Source of the DNA: Calditrichaceae bacterium
Lineage (GTDB): Bacteria; Calditrichota; Calditrichia; Calditrichales; JBFXGD01
Assembly (NCBI GenBank): GCA_050178385.1
Contig: JBFXGD010000037.1
Location: 1-25,225, forward strand
Direction of reading: 5' to 3'
DNA length: 25,225 nt
This document shows positions 8,566 to 16,145 of this stretch, piece by piece. Both the position numbers and the translations under genes were made by a program. The notes beneath the pieces were generated by a model. It was given only the letters and a program-made list of their open reading frames with translations. It was not told where the DNA came from and ran no database searches. Each line of letters opens with the position of its first letter. The stretch's first letter is position 1.

Positions 8566-10371
8566 TTAGAATATATTGAATAATTTTCTATTGTCTTCTA
8601 TATCGGCTTTACTCTTTAAATCTTCATACCAATCGTAGAACGCCTTATTCTTCTTTTCAACAAGAAGTTGATTTTTGATTTGTTTTTTCTGACTATTGAA
8701 AGCTACGCTGTCAAATTCAGTTTTTTCGAGAAGCTTTTCGTAGAAAAATCCACGGGGGGACTCAACTAATCCCGATGTTTCTCCAACATTTAACGTAAAT
8801 GCTGTCGCCGCGAACTCAATATTTTTACCGATTCCCGGGATGTTTTGTTTCATATCAAACATGGATGTTTCGCTGTATGTGACTTTTTTATCAGTATCTT
8901 CATCAGCGATTTGTTCGAACGGCATACCGGATTTTACTTTATCACTTAATTTGATTGCATAATCTTTGGCGCGTTCTGTGGATTTCTCATATTTTATGCG
9001 GTTTTCGATTAATCTTTTTACGGATTCCAGATCTTTAAATCCGGCTTTCTTGATTACGTCAACCTTCACAACGGCATATGAGTGCTCAAGGAAATAAGCA
9101 TCAGAAACCGCGTCAGCATCTGATGTAAATATAAATCCCATGAGGGATGGGTTGCGGCCGATTCCTGGTATAAATCCGCTGCGCTCTTCAAAAGGACCTG
9201 ATTTTAAAACTTCATAGTCTAAATTTTTAGCGGCAGACTCAAAACCCAGATCTTTTGCGTCTTCAGAGAAAAATCGCGCCTTATTTTCCTGTTCCTCTAT
9301 AGTGGACGGCCCGGCGGTTATTTTAAGAAGTATATGGCTTGCTTTGACCTTTTCTACGCCATCTTCAGTTTTTTTATCCTCAACATAAATCAGATGCAGA
9401 CCGTAAGGAGATTTTACAGGCCCGACAACATCGCCAACATTAGCTCCGAAGGCCGCGTCAGAAAACTGTTTAACCATAGCATTCCGATCAAAATAACCAA
9501 GATCGCCATTGTTGCTTTTTACGGAAGGATCCTCAGAATATTCTTTTGCTAAATTGGAAAATTTCTCACCGTTTGCCAGCCGTTCCCGGATAACATCAAA
9601 GTCAGAATAAATTCTGGAAGTATCCTTTTCGGTCGGCCTGATGGAGAAGAGTATATATGAGACATCACGCATTTCATTTTGTTTGTACTCTTCTTTATGC
9701 AGATCGTAATAATTCTTAATTTCCTGATCACTCAGCGTGATATCATCTGTCTGAAATTTATTTGGTAAAATACTAAGATATTCTACTTTTGCCTTCAGGC
9801 TGGATTTTTTAAATTCATTGTGTACTTCATCATCCGTAACGCGGACGGTACTGGTAATTGTACTCTGCAGTTTGACTATTGGAATCTGCTGGCGGTACAC
9901 ATCTTCGATCTGCCCCCATGGAATGCTTGGATCAGAAAAAGCGGTCTGATATTTTTTCATGTCAAACACACCATCTGTCTGAAAAGCAGGGTGGCGTCTG
10001 AAATCTTCCAGAGGACTGTTATATATGTAGTAAACAACTTCGGAATCTGTAACCGCGATACCCAATTTATCCATCTCTTCACTGAACAGAGTCATCTGAA
10101 CAAATTGTTCCCAAACCTGGTTTCTTAATCTTTCCAGAGCAGTATCGTCCAATTCTTTACCGGTCCTTGCGCGCTCATTTTGAAAAGCCTGTTGATACAT
10201 TTCATTAAACTGTTCAAAGGTGAGTTTTTCGCCGTTTACGGAGCCAACGGTATTGTCGCGGGTAGAACGCCCGCTGTAGTCGGCACCCCATTCAAATACC
10301 ATCAATCCCAGAAAAGAAAAGACCAGAATCCACAAAAACACTCCACTCAGCTGACGCAATTTCGTCATCAT
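8566..10371 (-). CDS. ppiD: Membrane-anchored periplasmic chaperone / parvulin-type peptidyl-prolyl isomerase (PpiD/SurA-like)
   Basis: N-terminal TM helix (FLWILVFSFLGLMVFEWG), SurA-N-like region, rotamase motif FSNLAKEYSEDPS...GDLGYF...F..AAF...GPVKSPYGLHLI. AGGAG RBS upstream on the minus strand. Confidence 0.85.
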   Translation of the reverse strand: MMTKLRQLSGVFLWILVFSFLGLMVFEWGADYSGRSTRDNTVGSVNGEKLTFEQFNEMYQQAFQNERARTGKELDDTALERLRNQVWEQFVQMTLFSEEMDKLGIAVTDSEVVYYIYNSPLEDFRRHPAFQTDGVFDMKKYQTAFSDPSIPWGQIEDVYRQQIPIVKLQSTITSTVRVTDDEVHNEFKKSSLKAKVEYLSILPNKFQTDDITLSDQEIKNYYDLHKEEYKQNEMRDVSYILFSIRPTEKDTSRIYSDFDVIRERLANGEKFSNLAKEYSEDPSVKSNNGDLGYFDRNAMVKQFSDAAFGANVGDVVGPVKSPYGLHLIYVEDKKTEDGVEKVKASHILLKITAGPSTIEEQENKARFFSEDAKDLGFESAAKNLDYEVLKSGPFEERSGFIPGIGRNPSLMGFIFTSDADAVSDAYFLEHSYAVVKVDVIKKAGFKDLESVKRLIENRIKYEKSTERAKDYAIKLSDKVKSGMPFEQIADEDTDKKVTYSETSMFDMKQNIPGIGKNIEFAATAFTLNVGETSGLVESPRGFFYEKLLEKTEFDSVAFNSQKKQIKNQLLVEKKNKAFYDWYEDLKSKADIEDNRKLFNIF

Positions 10372-10437
10372 AAGGCATGTATCTCCTTTTGTTTCATAAT
10401 CATCATCACAACAATTTAAATCATTATCTCTGTATTG

Positions 10438-10446
10438 TGATATAAT
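10438..10446 (+). promoter_or_regulatory. Candidate extended -10 promoter for the lipid A/LPS operon
   Basis: Perfect TGnTATAAT (TGATATAAT) in the divergent intergenic region, about 135 nt upstream of the ATG at 10580. No clear -35. Confidence 0.35.
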
Positions 10447-10579
10447 CGGGCTTTCAAAAACTCATAAATTTACAGGTTGAACTACCTAATATCAACTTTA
10501 AATGGATGAATCTTGGAATTATTTTATAACTTTATGTTCTATTGGTTGATTCAAAAATGTTAATTCGCTAACTTTAATT

Positions 10580-11494
10580 ATGCATAAAACAGAATACTAT
10601 ATCGTTAAATTTTTATTTTGGCTTTTGAATAAGATATCTTTTAAAGGAGGCAAAAGAGCCGCATTTTTTTTGTATATTATTGTCGCGAAAATATTTCGCT
10701 ACAGAAGAAAAGTTATTTTGGAAAATTTACATCTGGTTTATGGAGATAATTTGCCTGATGATGAACGTGAACTTTTAAAAAATATTTACAAAAATTTTGT
10801 TTATCTCTGGATGGAATTTATTCAAATGAGGCAGCTTACGGTCCAAAACGCCAATGAACACCTCCGTTTTCATGATAAGGATATTCTGGATAATGCTCTT
10901 AAAAAAGGAAACGGTGTGATTTTGATTTCCGGGCATTTTGGGAATTTTGAATGGGAAGGCGGAGTACTCGCTATGCTTGGCAACCCGATCGCCGGTATAG
11001 CGAAGAAACAAAGCAATCCATACGTTGACAAATTAATTTTTGAAAACCGCACTAAACTGGGCAGCAGAGTCATATATAAAAAAGATGGTATAAAAGACGG
11101 ATTGAAAACTCTTAAGAACAATGAAATCTTATGTTTAGTAGCCGATCAGGATGCCAGAAAGTCAGGAATCTTTGTAAATTTTTTAGGCCAGCCCTCATCC
11201 ACTGCGGTCGGACCGGCTATATTTAAGATAAGAAGTAACGCAACAATGATCTTTACAATTTCCGTACGCAGAGATTATGGAGTGTTTGATGTCTTTTTCG
11301 AAGAACTTCCGGATTCCGCATCCGAAGATGTCAATACTATCACTCAGCTGCATTCCGATTTGCTGGAAAAATGGATAAGGCTTTATCCGGAACAATGGTT
11401 CTGGGTACATAAAAGATGGAAAACCAAACCGCCGGCAGAAGATCAATCGGCGAAGAATACAATTGATAAAGCAAACTCTGAGGGCGCTGCGTAA
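10580..11494 (+). CDS. lpxL: Lipid A biosynthesis late acyltransferase (LpxL/HtrB family)
   Basis: HX4E catalytic motif SGHFGNFE, ADQDA, FVNFLG, C-terminal YPEQWFWVHKRWKT. LPS gene context. Confidence 0.85.
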   Translation: MHKTEYYIVKFLFWLLNKISFKGGKRAAFFLYIIVAKIFRYRRKVILENLHLVYGDNLPDDERELLKNIYKNFVYLWMEFIQMRQLTVQNANEHLRFHDKDILDNALKKGNGVILISGHFGNFEWEGGVLAMLGNPIAGIAKKQSNPYVDKLIFENRTKLGSRVIYKKDGIKDGLKTLKNNEILCLVADQDARKSGIFVNFLGQPSSTAVGPAIFKIRSNATMIFTISVRRDYGVFDVFFEELPDSASEDVNTITQLHSDLLEKWIRLYPEQWFWVHKRWKTKPPAEDQSAKNTIDKANSEGAA

Positions 11495-11508
11495 AAGGAT
11501 TTGCATTA

Positions 11509-12684
11509 ATGGAATATTTTAAGATCAATCCGGAAAAGCCCGATAAAAAAGCGATTGAAAAAGCAATCGAAGTGCTGGGAAATGGTGGTATTATCGCATA
11601 TCCGACGGACACGCTCTACGGGCTTGGTATCGATGTCACCAACGATAAAGCAGTACATAAATTATATTTGCTGAAACAGAGAGACCTAAAACTGCCGGTG
11701 TCTTTAATGGTAAACTCTCTGGATAAAATGGAAGAATTAGTCGGAATCCTGCCCATTGAGTTATACAGTCATCTGAATAAAATACTCCCGGGTAAAGTTA
11801 CCGCCCTGATTAAGAATGCCGAACAGGTCACTCTGCCGATTTTTGAATATCTTGAAAAAAACAAAAACTTACCCGAAAAAATCGGTTTCCGAATTCCTGA
11901 TCATCCTGTCTGCCATGCATTGACAACCGGATTTGAAAATCCTGTTTCGACAACAAGCGCAAACATTTCGGGAAAAGGTAATGTTTTTTCAATTAAAGAT
12001 GTGATTGCTCAATTTGGGAATAAACTGGATCTCATTCTTGACGCGGGCGAGCTTGAACATTCGGAAGGTTCGACCATTGTTGATTTTACAAAAGATCCGT
12101 ATCTGATTGTAAGGCAGGGGGATCTTTCCGCCAGCCAACTGGAAAAAATACTGCCGGATCTGACCTGGAGAAAAAAACGGGATATATTTACCATCACCTT
12201 TGTTTGTTCGGGAAATATCTGCCGCTCACCAATGGCTGAAGGGATATTAAAACATATTCTCAGCAGAACAAAGTATAAAAAATGGATCAGGGTCCGTTCC
12301 GCCGGGACACTCATGATTCCGGTATCGGATGCTCATGAATTTGCCATAGATGTAATGAAAGAAAAAAATATCGAGATAGCAAAACATCGTTCATCGGTTA
12401 TTAATTCAGCAATAATGGCGGAATCGGATTTGGTGATTGCAATGGCCTATAATCACTATAAATATCTACGGGAGAATTTTCCGGGTCATAAAGAAAAGGT
12501 AGTTCTGATAAAGCAGTGGCATCGCGAAAACCGCTTAACTAATCCGTCAATCGCAGATCCGATCGGGCATGACATAGAATTTTTTAATATCACTTACACA
12601 GAAATATATCGGGAAATCAAAAGGATACTTCCGCATATATTAAAACAAATTGAAGTGTTTGCAGATTACAACAATCTTGTTTAA
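11509..12684 (+). CDS. tsaC: Fusion: L-threonylcarbamoyladenylate synthase (TsaC/YrdC domain) + low-molecular-weight protein phosphatase (LMW-PTP)
   Basis: aa ~1-215 carry YPTDTLYGL, LKQR, GFRIPDH, STTSANISG, STIVD. aa ~225-391 carry the P-loop FVCSGNICRSPMAEG, VRSAGT and IADPIG. One uninterrupted frame. Confidence 0.9.
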   Translation: MEYFKINPEKPDKKAIEKAIEVLGNGGIIAYPTDTLYGLGIDVTNDKAVHKLYLLKQRDLKLPVSLMVNSLDKMEELVGILPIELYSHLNKILPGKVTALIKNAEQVTLPIFEYLEKNKNLPEKIGFRIPDHPVCHALTTGFENPVSTTSANISGKGNVFSIKDVIAQFGNKLDLILDAGELEHSEGSTIVDFTKDPYLIVRQGDLSASQLEKILPDLTWRKKRDIFTITFVCSGNICRSPMAEGILKHILSRTKYKKWIRVRSAGTLMIPVSDAHEFAIDVMKEKNIEIAKHRSSVINSAIMAESDLVIAMAYNHYKYLRENFPGHKEKVVLIKQWHRENRLTNPSIADPIGHDIEFFNITYTEIYREIKRILPHILKQIEVFADYNNLV

Positions 12685-12839
12685 TTCGTCGCTATCGACT
12701 CGTATCGATGTGAATATTTGGACCAAATCCAAATGATAAAATGGTTAAGCGTTTTTTAATTGAGCACATGGCCATGATATAAAAAATTGGAACAAGAACA
12801 AAATAGATAAAATAAGTGGTTTTGCTTTTGCCAAAAATG
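12549..12839 (+). repeat. Degenerate direct repeat, left copy (~291 bp): intact 3' end of the tsaC-phosphatase gene, spacer, decayed GT2 5' end
   Basis: Collinear anchors shared with 14916-15206: AATCGCAGATCCGATC (16/16), CGGGAAAT, CTTGTTTAA (stop), GAATATTTGGA, and ATTGG...AAATG (49/55). Confidence 0.9.
12786..12839 (+). pseudogene. Relic of the 5' end (leader plus ~11 codons) of the GT2 gene at 15173
   Basis: Aligns to 15152-15206 with 5 mismatches and one gap. The gap is the G of the ATG. Reads KISGFAFAKN versus the intact MKISGFSFVRN. Confidence 0.85.
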
Positions 12840-12884
12840 TAAGACGATTGATGGCTAATAAAAATCTCACAAACCAGTTTAGCG

Positions 12885-12902
12885 CCTCCGGATCGCCGGA
12901 GG
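12885..12902. other. GC-rich hairpin in the leader of the inserted GT4 gene
   Basis: CCTCCGG-ATCG-CCGGAGG, a perfect 7-bp stem with a 4-nt loop and no U-tract. Confidence 0.55.
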
Positions 12903-12932
12903 AGACGCAGTAAATGATCGAGAGAAGATTAA

Positions 12933-13904
12933 ATGACTAAAAAGGTATTACTGCTGCCGGATCACCCAAACTGGGCTCTTGATAAAAATGCGCGTGATCT
13001 GGTAAAATACAACCGCTCTTCTCTGAAATTGGATATTTGCTATTTTGAAGATTTCATTAAGGACGCGTCGCGATATTATTCTGAATACGATCTGCTGTTC
13101 CCGATGTACAAAGGCAGCTTTTTTAGTATGCTGGATAAAAAAATCCCAACGGATAAAGTAATCACCGGAATTCGCTCTTATCATCGTTGGGATAAAAAAC
13201 AGACCCAACCGCCGGGCTATAACGCAAAACCGCCCCAGGATATTATTCGTCGTTTACGAAAAGCCTTACTGGTAAACACCAATAGTAAAAAATTATGGTA
13301 TATTTTTTCACAGCATCTTCGGGTAATCCATACAAAATATACTTGCGATCTGGAGTTGTTTTATCCGGATAAAATAAAAAAGAACCATAATAAATTAGTT
13401 GTTGGCTGGACTGGCAGCCTTACGAATCATCCGGGAAAGCGTGGCTTCTATGAATTTATCAAACCGGCTTGTGAATCAATTCCGGAAATTGAGCTGAAGG
13501 TGCAGAGTAAAGAGGATAATTTTATTACGGATGATAACCTGATGCGTGATTTTTATAATTCAGTGGATTTATATATAACAGCATCGCGAAGCGAGAGCGG
13601 CCCCAGGCCGGTGATCGAAGCCGCCGCCTGCGGGACACCGGTCCTGTCAACGGATGTCGGTATTGTACCGGAATTGATCGAGGAAGGTGTTAATGGCTTT
13701 GTTGTTGATCGCAACATTAATGCGTTTATATCAAAGTTATCGTGGATTGTGCAAAACCGGGAGATTTTGCCAATTATGGGTAATAAAATGAGAAAAAAGA
13801 TGGAGCAGGAATTTAACTGGGAACATCTGATTTTTCAATGGACGGATTTTATGAATTATGCCCTTGAGTTAAACCGCTTAAAAAAAGAAGGATATATTAA
13901 GTGA
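12933..13904 (+). CDS. Glycosyltransferase family 4 (GT-B)
   Basis: C-terminal Glycos_transf_1 signature YITASRSESGPRPVIEAAACGTPVLSTDVG...ELIEEGVNGF (EX7E), plus VGWTGS. Confidence 0.9.
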   Translation: MTKKVLLLPDHPNWALDKNARDLVKYNRSSLKLDICYFEDFIKDASRYYSEYDLLFPMYKGSFFSMLDKKIPTDKVITGIRSYHRWDKKQTQPPGYNAKPPQDIIRRLRKALLVNTNSKKLWYIFSQHLRVIHTKYTCDLELFYPDKIKKNHNKLVVGWTGSLTNHPGKRGFYEFIKPACESIPEIELKVQSKEDNFITDDNLMRDFYNSVDLYITASRSESGPRPVIEAAACGTPVLSTDVGIVPELIEEGVNGFVVDRNINAFISKLSWIVQNREILPIMGNKMRKKMEQEFNWEHLIFQWTDFMNYALELNRLKKEGYIK

Positions 13905-14833
13905 AAACGGTGGTGATTGTTAAAGACCGTAATAATTTTGGCCCGCTTTTTTATAAATATTCTGAGGAACACGGATTTAAAGCAAAGCTCATTGATATCT
14001 GGAAAAAAGATTCGCTTGATTATCTATTAGAAGAGCCAATAGATGCCTTCGTGTGGTGGGCGAAACATAATCCGGAGATTAAGAATTTTGCCCGGAGACT
14101 GATATATTTATTTAATAATGAAATAAATATTCCGACTTTCCCTGATTGGCAGTCATATTGGCATTATGATGATAAAATAAGCCAGTCATTGCTGTTCCGT
14201 AAATATGATATTCCCGGTGCGGATACTTTTATATTTTTCAATAAGGATGAAGCAGTTGAATTTGCTAAAAATACACATTATCCGATTATTTATAAGTGTG
14301 CTCACGGAGCCGGAAGCGCCAATGTGGGAATTCTGAAAAATCAGACAAGCGCTTTGAATTATATCAGGAAGGCTTTTGGGAAAGGGCTCAAAACATATTT
14401 TAAAGACGAGATTCAAAAAGGTTACGTTTACTTTCAGGAATACCTGGAGGATAACAAAGGTGACTACCGGCTGGTTTGTTTTGGTGATGATAAAATTCAG
14501 GGCGTTTTTCGTAATAATCGAAAAGGTAGTGTATTTGCAAGCGGCAGCGGCCAATTTGATTTTCCGGACTTACCCGAGGATATGTTGAATCTTGTGGCCG
14601 ATACCAACAAGAAACTTGGATTTGGAGTTATGTCATACGACATCTTAAAAAAAAGGGATCAGTGGGTAATTACTGAGATTAGTGTTATTTTTGGTGAGGC
14701 CGTTAACACGATTTATGATAGGATACCGGTATACAATAAAAAAAATGGGATCTGGTACAAGGAAAATATGTATGAGAATCTTTCACAAAGACTGTTTAAC
14801 TATTTATTAAAATATCGATGGAAATGGATTTGA
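13901..14833 (+). CDS. RimK-like ATP-grasp ligase (polysaccharide-locus type)
   Basis: DDKISQ, YPIIYK..HGAGSANV, YFQEYL, DYRLV, ASGSG, SYDIL, TEIS match ATP-grasp positions. GTG start overlaps the GT4 stop (GTGA). Confidence 0.8.
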   Translation: MKTVVIVKDRNNFGPLFYKYSEEHGFKAKLIDIWKKDSLDYLLEEPIDAFVWWAKHNPEIKNFARRLIYLFNNEINIPTFPDWQSYWHYDDKISQSLLFRKYDIPGADTFIFFNKDEAVEFAKNTHYPIIYKCAHGAGSANVGILKNQTSALNYIRKAFGKGLKTYFKDEIQKGYVYFQEYLEDNKGDYRLVCFGDDKIQGVFRNNRKGSVFASGSGQFDFPDLPEDMLNLVADTNKKLGFGVMSYDILKKRDQWVITEISVIFGEAVNTIYDRIPVYNKKNGIWYKENMYENLSQRLFNYLLKYRWKWI

Positions 14834-14866
14834 ATCAATAATTTCCGTCACCATGTGTGGCTAAGC

Positions 14867-14901
14867 CGGATTTTGCAATCTTACCGGCAGTGCGAAATCC
14901 G
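14867..14901. other. Stem-loop downstream of the ATP-grasp gene at the right cassette junction
   Basis: CGGATTTTGCA-(13 nt)-TGCGAAATCCG, an 11-bp stem with one U:G. No U-tract on the + strand. Confidence 0.5.
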
Positions 14902-14915
14902 CGAAAATATTTGAT

Positions 14916-15034
14916 AATCGCAGATCCGATCCGGTTTGAATTAGAACTTTTTATTCACCCAGGCAAATGTACCGGGAAATTTCACATATTGAAAGAAATT
15001 GGAGCGATCGCAATTATATAATACCCTTGTTTAA
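14916..15034 (+). pseudogene. Relic of the last ~45 codons of the tsaC-phosphatase gene
   Basis: Translated blocks IADPIRFELELFI / HILKEIGAIA / YNTLV* versus intact IADPIGHDIEFFN / HILKQIEVFA / YNNLV*. Broken by small indels and a deletion of roughly 15 nt. Confidence 0.88.
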
Positions 15035-15206
15035 GGAACTTCTTTAGGCCTTTAGCGACGCGAATATTTGGAAATAAATCCATAAATTTATATATTTAAC
15101 TTTTTTTGAATATATCCCGAGGGGCTAACAATAACGGGATTGTTATTAAACATTGGAAAAAGAGCAAAATAGATGAAAATAAGTGGTTTTTCTTTTGTCA
15201 GAAATG
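14916..15206 (+). repeat. Degenerate direct repeat, right copy (~291 bp): decayed phosphatase 3' end, spacer, intact GT2 5' end
   Basis: Collinear with 12549-12839 at an offset of 2350-2367 nt. Confidence 0.9.
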
Positions 15207-16120
15207 GCGCGAAACTTTATTATCCGGTTGTTGAATCCATTAAATCAATTCTGCCCGTCTGCGATGAATTTGTAATAGCGGTCGGACAGGGCGACGAGGA
15301 TGATAAGACCAGAGATCAGATTGCGGCAATTGGTGATCCGAAGGTCAAAATTATAGACACCGTCTGGGAAGAAAAATATTTCAAAAAGGGTGTTGTTAAT
15401 GCCATGCAGACTGATATTGCTCAGCAGGCATGCTCAGGTGACTGGCTTTTTTACCTTCAGGCGGATGAGGTTGTACACGAAAAATACCTTCCGGTAATCC
15501 GGAAACGATGCGAAGAATTGTCGGATGTCCCTGAAGTGGAGGGTCTTCTGTTCAGATATAAACATTTCTGGGGTGATTACAACCATTTCCACGGCGGTCA
15601 TGGATGGTATCCGAATGAAATCAGAATAATACGAAATCTTCCGGATGTCCATTCCTGGCAGAGCGCGCAATCATTCCGTCATTTTAACCCTTATGAGAAT
15701 CCGAGACAGGAGACCGGCACGTCAAAACTCAGTGTTGCCCGTGTGGACGCTGAAATCTATCACTACGGCTGGGTAAGACCGCCGCATTTAATGCAGAACA
15801 AAAGAAAAGCTCTCGATTCAGTTCACTGGGGAAGTAATAAAGCGGAAGAATATTACGATAAGGCGCCGAAATATTTTGATTATGGGCCTCTTGATCGTCT
15901 GGAGTATTTTAAGGGGACGCATCCGGCGGTAATGAAGGAACGTATCGCCATGCTCGACTGGCAGGAGAAGTTGCAGTTATCGGGAAAGCCAAACACATAC
16001 AGACTGCCGCATAAGCATGAACTTCTGAAAACCCGTACGATCTCTTTTATAGAAAAAAATATTTTACGCGGTAAACAATTGGGCGGATTCAGGAATTATA
16101 TATTATTGGATCAATTTTGA
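15173..16120 (+). CDS. Glycosyltransferase family 2 (MKISGFSFVRNG type)
   Basis: GT-A fold pattern ESIKSILPVCDEFVIAVG, WLFYLQADE, HFWGDY, IYHYGWVRPP, HPAVM. Confidence 0.85.
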   Translation: MKISGFSFVRNGAKLYYPVVESIKSILPVCDEFVIAVGQGDEDDKTRDQIAAIGDPKVKIIDTVWEEKYFKKGVVNAMQTDIAQQACSGDWLFYLQADEVVHEKYLPVIRKRCEELSDVPEVEGLLFRYKHFWGDYNHFHGGHGWYPNEIRIIRNLPDVHSWQSAQSFRHFNPYENPRQETGTSKLSVARVDAEIYHYGWVRPPHLMQNKRKALDSVHWGSNKAEEYYDKAPKYFDYGPLDRLEYFKGTHPAVMKERIAMLDWQEKLQLSGKPNTYRLPHKHELLKTRTISFIEKNILRGKQLGGFRNYILLDQF

Positions 16121-16145
16121 GAGTGACCGGTAAGGAAATTTCCTG

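Noticed and set aside
10369..10390. Out-of-frame ATG (10378-10376) 7 nt upstream of the parvulin start, hinting at a frameshifted N-terminus
   Set aside because: The in-frame ATG at 10371 has an acceptable AGGAG spacing (11 nt) and gives a complete protein, so no frameshift is needed.
10476..10496. GTTGA-n11-TCAAC inverted repeat in the divergent promoter region
   Set aside because: Only 5-bp arms, a single occurrence, and no regulator gene nearby.
14840..14907. Possible further upstream extension of the phosphatase relic (GCAGTG, CGCGAAAA matches to 12513-12530)
   Set aside because: Matches are short, gapped and overlap a hairpin, so the repeat start was conservatively set at 14916.
12840..14915. 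Interpretation of the cassette as an IS, integron cassette or prophage remnant
   Set aside because: No transposase or integrase ORF, no attC core sites, no terminal inverted repeats around the whole cargo and no tRNA target.
15114..15147. Short inverted repeats upstream of the GT2 (TAACAAT-n6-ATTGTTA; ATCCCG...CGGGAT)
   Set aside because: Could be an operator, but 6-7 bp AT-rich palindromes arise by chance and they are not preserved in the left repeat copy.
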